Shown here: positions 52,774 through 64,000 of the stretch, piece by piece
Numbering within the stretch: position 1 is the stretch's first letter
Layout of the letters: the number at the start of each line of letters is the position of its first letter
Source: the human T2T-CHM13v2.0 reference genome, Homo sapiens
Length of the DNA stretch: 64,000 nucleotides
Reading direction: 5' to 3' (one strand)
Assembly (NCBI RefSeq): GCF_009914755.1
Contig: NC_060926.1
Translations under genes and position numbers: made by a program
Notes under the pieces: model-generated
What the model saw: only the letters and a program-made list of their open reading frames with translations
What the model was told of the DNA's origin: nothing
The model's database searches: none

Positions 52774-54250
52774 CCATACTAATGCCAAATCTCCTGATTC
52801 ATTTATGTTTATTTCCCATTTATGTTGATTTTCTATAATTTTTAAAACAATGTTTTGTAGTTTTTTTAGAGTATAAGTTTTGACTTCTTGGCCACACTCA
52901 CCAGAAATTAGTCTCTGCAGGTTGAGTTGGAGGATAAGAGAAATAGTGGCAGCCTGCCCATCCTGGGAAGACACATAGCAGTTTTCTGGAAAATCAGGAG
53001 TAAAGGGCCCTCTTCTTTGTTACACTCATGTGGAGCAGAGCTCCTGTCAAGCTGTGTAGCAGGAGAGAGAGAGCAGTTTGTGGCTTAAGAGCTATAGATC
53101 TTCACTATTTTACTTGAGTTTAGTAGATTTGAATAAATTATTCTTGGGTAATTCTTCTTTAGCTAAATTGTTCCTTAGGACAATTTCCAAGGTTTTAGAT
53201 GCTTTGGTTTTTTTTTTTTAATAGTTTCTACTAGTTATGCTTTTATCAGTGGATATGAGTTCATGGAGCTCTGCATGCTGCCAGCCTCCAAATGGAACCT
53301 TTTTAATCATCACTTTAAAAAGCCCCAGAGGATGCACACATAAGAGCCTAAGGCTCCCTGGGAATTGCAGGCCTGAGAATCCACCTGACACCAGTGCTTC
53401 AGTCCTGAACAATTGTAAGGTTGGCATTACTATTCACTGAATGGGAAAGCCTGCAGCAGAAGCTGGTTTAGGTGCCATATGAGGAGTTTTATTTTGGAAA
53501 TGCTGAATTCAAAATGCCTGTCAGACATCCACATGAGATATAAGTGGCAAGATAGGTGTACAATCCTAAAACTTAGACAAGAGGCCTTTGATAGGGGTTT
53601 AATTTTGAGAAAGAACCATTTAGAAATAAGACTACTTAAAGTGACTCATAAAAATCATTTGCCCAGGTAAGATCTGACTTACTTCTGTTTTCCTGGTGTA
53701 ACTATTAATGGCACCCTCTTTCTTAAATGTCCTTATTTAGAGAACAACTTACATGGTTATCCTCTTCATGAAGTGAATAAAATATTCAATCAAAGATGCC
53801 CATAATTATTTATGGCATCACACATTTTGGTGAAATAATTCAATAATGTCTTTTGTATAATGATATATTTAAATTATTTTGAGGAAGTTTTTAAGATAAA
53901 ATTGTAGATACATACCTTTTGCATATTCCTTGATGATAAAAGGCATTGAACTTTTGTAAAGTGGACTTTTTTATTGGAATATCACAGATCCTATAAAACA
54001 TGAAATATTGTAACTAAATTCAATTAAGAACAGACAATCAATTCAGAAATCTTGAAGAATGTGGGCTCACTGGTGGAAAAAATAATTTAACAGACCTAAA
54101 GTTAATGCAGTTTGATGAATGAGAATCTTTCAAGAGTCACAGTATATTAGCATTTGATGTTGATGCTTTTAAAATACTGAGAATCATTTCGGTCAAATAT
54201 TTCTCCTATTTGTGCTTTAGTTTTAGTGACTTAAATAGTGTCTAGCACAT

Positions 54251-54627
54251 TGTATTAGTTCGTTGTCACACTGCTATGAATAATTACCTGAGACTGGGTA
54301 GTTTATAACGAAAGGAGGTTTAATTGACTCACAGTTCTGCAGGCTGTACAGGAGGCATGGCCAGGGAGGGCTCAGGAAATTTACAATCATGGCAGAAAGC
54401 AAAGGGGAAGCAAGCACATCTTTGCATGGCAGCAGGAGAGAGAAAAGGGGGAAGTGCTACACATTTTCAAACAGTCAGATCTCATGAGAACTCCATCATT
54501 ATCAAAAAACAGCAAGGGAGAAGTATGCCCATATGCTCCAATTACCTCCCATCAGGTTCCTCCCCTGACGTTGGAGATTACAATTTGACATGAGATTTGG
54601 GTGGGGACACAGAGGCAAACCATATCA
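54251..54627 (-). mobile_element. MSTA/THE1D-type solo LTR
   Basis: tgtattag..aaaccatatca; TSD cacat. Confidence 0.9.
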
Positions 54628-55917
54628 CACATAGTCCATAATCAATGCATACATGTTGAATGAGTGAAGAGATAATTTAATGTGATAAGACACTGTATCA
54701 GCTGTAATATATGGAATGTGTATGCTTTAATCAATTTTTTGAAAGACTACTGTGTTAAAGAAAGATAACATAATAAGGAAGGGTTAGTTAAGGTGGATAG
54801 ATCTTCATAAACTCAAGTTTATGAAGTTTAGCCTCAACTGGGGCCCTAGAGTGATGACCAACTGGCACTAAGTTCCCTTTAGGGGCCCAATTCAGGTCCA
54901 TTGTATAATTGCTCACTTCCAGTCATAGAGGATAGTCTTTGAACAGGAGAGACGGAGATGCCTGGAATAAGGTAAGTAATCACACTTGCAAAATGTATTA
55001 GAATGGGCTATTATTTCGATTGTACATGACTCAACGCAGATAAATCAAGCATTAAGAATTTTTTAAAAAGTCAGGGTAATGAGTTTCATTTTACTACTCT
55101 TTCTAATTTTGCTGTTTGAAAATTTTTATAATAAAAAATCTAAATGTAGATTACCACCAATTTGAACCAGTTGAGTTTATTAAATTCCTTGCACCCATGC
55201 TAATAGTAAAATAGAAATTTATATAAAGTATGTCGTACAGTACAGGGTTGTATGCACATATGTTTCATAAGCATTAGAAAATGGCATTGATATATCTAAA
55301 TTAGTAATATTCTCCATTCATGGCATGGCTATTACTCAGGTTATCTAACTTGTTAATTTGAAGATATTTGGTTCAAGGGTCTCAAGGAATAAGCAGGTAC
55401 TTTTAAGGAGGTGAGGTCTCAATCTTTGTTTATGACTATTTTCAACTACTGTGAGAGAAAAGAAAATATTACCAATCTATGTATGGAAGATTATTGTGTC
55501 CATTATTGTTTCTAATATTACCACCAGTTTTTCAGAGTTCATTCACAATTTACAAAACAATTGCTTTAAATAAGATTATCTTATTTTAATTTGCATTGTA
55601 CAATGGCATACACTCAGTAACTAATTAAAATGGTTTCACATGGTGTTTTTTTGGTCATAAGGTCATATTGCAAGGAGTGGTGAAGATCTAAACAAATGGG
55701 TTCATTAAAAAAATCAAGTATTGATGGCTTCACTTCTGTGGCCATGATGATACAAAAATTCCTCCATTGTTTATTGTCCTCTCCCCCAAAAGTCAGTACA
55801 ATATTGTACCACAGGGAGCCAACAGGGTTATGTGGAGGTATCAGGGAGAAAGTGGAGGGAAATCAGAAGAAACTAAAGTGAGGAATAGGTGTGTAAAATG
55901 AGATTCATTGTAATATA

Positions 55918-56220
55918 CAGTTATCCCTTGGTATTCACAGGGGTTGGTTCCAGGACCTCCATCAAATACCAAAATTCAAAGATGCTCAAGTCCCTGGTAT
56001 AAAATGGCACACGGCATTTGAGCATCACCTATGCACACCCTCCCATACACTTTAAGTCATCTCTAGATTACCTATAATGCCTAATGCAGTGTAAATGCTG
56101 TGTAAATAATTCTTACACTATATTTTTTATTTTTATCTTGTTTCACTGTTGTTTACTTATTGTGTTTTTTTCTTCTGAACATTGCTGAATCACACAATGC
56201 AGATGGGGGGATTAATTGTC
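55918..56220 (+). mobile_element. MER2 (Tigger family)
   Basis: cagttatcccttggtattc..ggttccaggacc..gatgctcaagtccc. Confidence 0.85.
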
Positions 56221-56847
56221 AGTGAGGACATGTAGGGGAGAGTGTGGAATCTAAGAAGCAAATTATTTATGGACGAGCAGCAGTTGCTAACCGTTTTATG
56301 GTTTGAATTTACTGTAGCCTGACATCCATCAGGAAAGTGTTCTGTGCTTAAATGGATTCCTTGCTGATCTCAATCGTTCTGAAGCAGCAAGGGGAATACA
56401 CATTTTTCTCAAACTATCCATTAGAAGCATCTATATCTAAGTAAGTGTACTGGACAGAAAGCTAAATTACATATAATATCTTTTTTGCAATTTGGAAAAA
56501 AATTACAAATGGACTAAAATGGCTTTGTCCAGATTACATAATTATGTATATTGTAATAACTTTTTGGCACAAAGAAGAAAATCCTTTTAAATAATACATG
56601 ATATATAAGAGATTCAAATTTCATAAAAACCAAAAATGTAACAATGATCAACGGTGGCATGCCAAAGGTGGGACAGTAGGAATGCCCATCGTAGATTTAT
56701 TTAGTAATGGGGAGGGGTGGAGAGGGTGGGGTTTGGGAGGTGGGAGTACATTATCAATGGAGAATAATAATAAAAAGAAAATCTAACCCGAATCTGTCTG
56801 CTTCTATTATTACTGTGCTTTGCCTTTTGTTGGCTTAAGTTCTAGAT

Positions 56848-56990
56848 CAGGGCTGCAAACTTTTTCTATAAATGGCCAGCTAGAAAAGATGGTAGGCTTT
56901 ACAAGCCCTACATGTCTGTTGCTGCAGCTCTACCTTGTATCTGGAAAGCAGCCATTGACAATAAACAGATGATGGGCATGGCTTTATTGG
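56848..56990 (-). mobile_element. MER58A fragment
   Basis: cagggctgcaaacttttttctataaatggccag..gcagccattgacaata. Confidence 0.75.
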
Positions 56991-58013
56991 CTCCTGCTTT
57001 CCCCAGGAAAAGAGCAGGTGTCCCCACCCAGAACTGTGTGCCTTCTGAGTGCCTGGTGTGGAGAGTGGCTTCCTTTCCATTGGCATCGGCCTTAGCCATG
57101 AGTCTTGTGAGCAGACAGGACCCACAATGCATCCATGTGGATGCTTTAGGAGTACAGTTGGGCTGCCTTTGACCTCTCCCCTCTGCAGTGAGATGAAGTA
57201 CAGATGGACCAGCTCCTTTTACATGCAGGCCGGAATGAAGAAAACACTAGGGAGAGGAGCAAAAGTGCCTCTCTTTTGGAGCCGACTGTGAAGCTTTTTT
57301 GTATGGCAATGCAAGTTTGAGATAGCATGCTTCCACAGTAAAACTTAGTGAAAGACGATGGATATATTTTCATCTTAACCCGTATCAATCTTAGACTGTA
57401 GGAAGAGGGGAAGCCTGAAGGCAGTTTCAGAAACTGTTTTTTGCTCATGAGAAACATGATTTCACAGTATTTCCAACTTCTAAATGAGCTGCCAGGGAGC
57501 AGAATTTTAAAGCAATGGAACTTCTGTGAGACATTCAATTCTTCCTTCCACGTATTAATCCTCATCTACTGAAATAGCAAACTCAATAAAGAGTTGAAAT
57601 CATCCACTTATGACTTAGGTTAGACTAAAGCCTTACATCTCTTCTTCCAATAATCTCTATATAAATCTATCTGATGCTGTGATAGAGACCATTATTTTGC
57701 ACCTACTGAACAGACTCATGCAGACTTCTGAGCAATATTTATTAAACTTAATTCCTTTTGTTGACTTCTGTAGGGGACAGAGATGGTTGGAATTATTTTA
57801 ATATTATAAGCCTTACACAAATAGGCTGTAGTTCCAATATATTTTATTAGGAGAGAGAATTTGCCCAATAATAATTATTGATAGAAAGATGCTTGGAAAA
57901 AAATGTAATTTCAAGCCACTTGAAATCTAATTATATAGTTTCCATTTTGTTCCAATCAGTGCAAGATGAAGACAGGGATTTTGTTTCCATTGTAAATGGC
58001 TCAGAGTGGGTCA

Positions 58014-58688
58014 TTGTCTTAGTCAGTTTGGAATGCTATAACAAAGTACCACAGACTGGGTGGCTTGTAGACAACAGAAATTCATTTCTCACAGTTCTGG
58101 AGGCTGGAAGTCTCAGGTCCGGGTGCCAGCATGGCCAGGTTCTGGTGAGGGCCCTCTCCAGGGTTACAGACTGCCAATTCCTCATTGTACCCTCATGGTG
58201 GGAAGAAGTCAAGAGAGCCTTCTGAGGCCCCCCCGTTTTTAAAACATTGTACTTATTTATTTGAGACAATGTCTTGCTCTGATACCTAGGCTGGAGTGTA
58301 GTGGTGACATCATAGCGATCACTCAAGTGATCTCACGCCTCAGCCTCCCCGCCCCCAGTGAGTAGTTGGGACTGCAGGTGTGCACCACCATGCCTGGCTA
58401 ACTTTTTAAATTTTTTTGTAGAGAGGAGGTCTCACTTTGTTTCTCAGGCTGGTGTCAAACTCCTAGCCTAAAGCGACCCTCACACTTCAGCCTCCCAAAG
58501 TACTGGGATTGTAGGCAAGAGTCACTGCCTAGCCTGAGGTACTTTTTGTAAGGCACTAATCCCATTCATAAGACTCCGCTCATGACCTGATCACCTCTCA
58601 AAGCCCCCACCTTATAATACCATCACCTTGGGCATTAGGATTTCAACATATGAATTTTGAGGGTACACAAGCATTCAGTCCATTGCCA
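58014..58688 (-). mobile_element. MLT1-type LTR with an inserted AluJ (58254-58534)
   Basis: tgtcttagtc..cacagttctggaggctggaagtc..tttcaacatatgaattttg. Confidence 0.85.
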
Positions 58689-58798
58689 TTCTCAATAAAC
58701 TGAATCCATCTAACAAATTCTTACTGAGCAATGTGCTAGACATTGGGTGTTCAATGATGAGCAGAGCAGACAGAAATTTTGCCATCATTGAACTCTGG

Positions 58799-58802
<4 letters not shown>

Positions 58803-58847
<45 letters not shown>

Positions 58848-58856
58848 AGAGAGAGA
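58803..58856. repeat. (CA)n microsatellite
   Basis: Direct reading. Confidence 0.95.
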
Positions 58857-59307
58857 CGTGAATCAATTAATCACACAAACACAATTAACACTGCAATTCT
58901 CTTTAAGGATATGAAGAAGAAAAACATTGTGTTTGGAGAATGTATTACAGGGGAATTTGCCTAGCTTGAGGATCCAGGAAGGTTACCCTGAAGACTAGAC
59001 ATTTGATCTACTCTGGGAAGAGTAACAGTCACTAGGTAAAGAGACGTAAAGAAGTGTTCCAGGCAGAAGGGACGGTGTATACAGAAATCCTATGGTGGAG
59101 AAAGCATGCTGGATACTTATGCCTGAGGCAAGGCCAGCGTGTACCACCTGGTGGTAAACATGGTGCAAGATAAGACTAGAAGAGGGGGCCATACCCCACA
59201 GGCCTTGTAGGCCAAACTAAGGAATTTTATGTTAATTAGAGTGAGTTAATATTCCCCATGAGGAGGAGAGGCTGGATGCCACCAAATTGTGTTTGGAAAA
59301 CCACTCT

Positions 59308-59818
59308 TGTAAGAGTGAAAGGTAACATAGCTGACTCCATCTTGCTTCCAACCTCATAAGCAAACTGCTTTTACTCATTCCTGAAAGTAGGCCAAGCTAA
59401 CCATGAGAGGTATTTAGTTTATAGTTTAACTATAACGATGATTACAGTCTCTTCCCAGTACTACCCCTGAAAAGGTAAGGAGGGTGTGTACAAAAGTAAT
59501 CACGTTTAAAGATTTATAGAAGCATTGTGACCTGACCAAGTGCAAAGACATTTTGCCAACTTCTCCAACCTCTGCTGACACCCAGATATCTGTGGTCACC
59601 TGTTACCTCCTGACTTCAATGCCCTCCTTATTCCCCTTCCACTAATATAAAAAGAAGCTTGAGATTCATGTCTTTTAAGATGATTCTGTAGGACATTAGT
59701 CCACCATCTTCTTGGTTTGCTAGCTTTCTGAAATAAAGTCACCTTCTTGCCCCAATACCTGTCTCTTGACTTGTTGGCTATCAAGTGGTGAATGGCACAA
59801 GCTTTAGACTCAGCTACA
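59308..59818 (+). mobile_element. ERV1 solo LTR (MER66-like) inserted in L2
   Basis: TG..gactccatcttg..tataaa..aataaa..CA; TSD ctct. L2 flanks at about 58700-59300 and 59820-60190. Confidence 0.75.
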
Positions 59819-60199
59819 CTCTGGCTGCAGGAAGTGAACAAATGGGATGCAGAGCAGGAGAGGGTGCAGGTGTACTATCTAGTAAGTTGCTGCAAGTGCA
59901 CAGTTAGGAGATCATTGGGGTGATCCAGGTGAAAGTCTACTGGGTCATAGGCTAGGGATGGTGGCTGTGGAAAAGAGAGAAGACATTAAATTTGAGGTTA
60001 GCTTTTGACACACACAAGAAGAGATGTGAAATAAAGAGTCAAATATAGAGGTCTGGAGCTCAGAGAGTTCTGAACTGAGACACAGACAGGCAAGTCATTA
60101 ATATCTTACACACAGATATCAGGTTATTTAGGGAGACAGTACCCAGTGAGAAGCAGAGAGAGTTTAGGCTTGAACTCTGAGGGAGGCTAACTTTTATTA

Positions 60200-63120
<2,921 letters not shown>

Positions 63121-64000
63121 TTTGTTATTTGAAACAGGCTATTTTGTTTTGGTTTTCTCTTTTTATATTATCACTGATGTTAGAAGAGGGGGTGGATCAA
63201 AACATGAATTTATTACTCCATCTGGATATTCGAATTAGCTCTTAAAGACATGAAAGGCCAAAGGGAGATATGATACTGTGTTAGGTACAGTGAGGGTCAC
63301 ATTAGAGTGCACTTAAAAGTGTCAGGAACTTACAAAAAAACAACGGGAAGGATCTTATCAAAGTAGGAAATGGCTAATTCAAGCCAGCAGAAGGAATTCA
63401 TCTACTCGGGATGAAGAGGTTGAATGTGCAGAGATAAGATTAGATTACTGTGCATATTCACACATAATCATTATATAGGTGTACTGGGTTCCTGAAAAAC
63501 TGGAAAGCAGTGGAACAAATGGCCAGGGGAGTTCTGGCCCCAGATAGGAGGAAGGGCAGCATCCCTACTGTTAATGAAAGACGGGAAGCCGGGGTGTGTG
63601 AGATGCACCTGGTTCGGAAGGCGAGGCTGTCTCACCTGACTTCTTTTTCTCTGCAAATAGAAATAATTCATCCTCTGCTGAGAAAGAGGCTGGGATGGAA
63701 GAAGAATGATGACTTTCATCTTTTGAGAAAAGCAGAGCAACTATGAAACACTGAAGGGTTGGGAGAATGAGTTGAGTAGAGGAATCTAGTAGGTTTTCCA
63801 GTGTCATCAAAGTCCCACATGAAGTATTTAAAAATTCATAATAAAATCAGTTATCACTGTGGTGTGATCTTCTTCAGCAGCAGTTGGTTCTCAGGGGCAA
63901 GCATAGAAGCAGAAAGTCAAGAGGAATTAAGGCAATTGTGCCACTGGACAATGATCGTGGAATACAGGCTGAATAAAGTAAGTAAAGGAAGAAAATGATC

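Noticed and set aside
53640-57990. AT-rich unique stretches with occasional GTAAG motifs (for example 53667, 54972)
   Set aside because: Isolated plus-strand donor-like hexamers without convincing paired acceptors or coding signal; lncRNA exons cannot be excluded.

Overview
Simian, probably human or great-ape, genomic DNA (AluY/S/J, LTR12, LTR10, THE1/MST, MER, L1, L2 and MIR repeats). No intact protein-coding gene is visible, and most of the supplied ORF track comes from repeats. The main result is a fossil multi-exon gene on the minus strand from about 33,670 down to about 685. About 30 unique segments between the repeats have AG acceptors and GT donors, often with matching splice phases, and their reading frames are damaged by scattered stops and frameshifts. 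Manual translation gives an RGS22-like N-terminus, about six RGS22/RGSL1-type RGS-like repeats and a long low-complexity C-terminal half, on the order of 3,000 codons in total. One exon is split by both an LTR12F and an AluS, and its frame is restored when both are removed. I read this as an unprocessed, probably unitary, pseudogene of the RGS22/RGSL1 family. The family call rests on motifs recalled from memory and needs HMM/tblastn confirmation. Just upstream, an antisense LTR12C-type promoter sits in CpG-retaining sequence with a downstream splice donor. At about 43.5-44.5 kb there is a decayed retrocopy-like segment with a cNMP-binding-domain-type motif. The rest of 38-64 kb is almost all ordinary interspersed repeats, including a full MST provirus.
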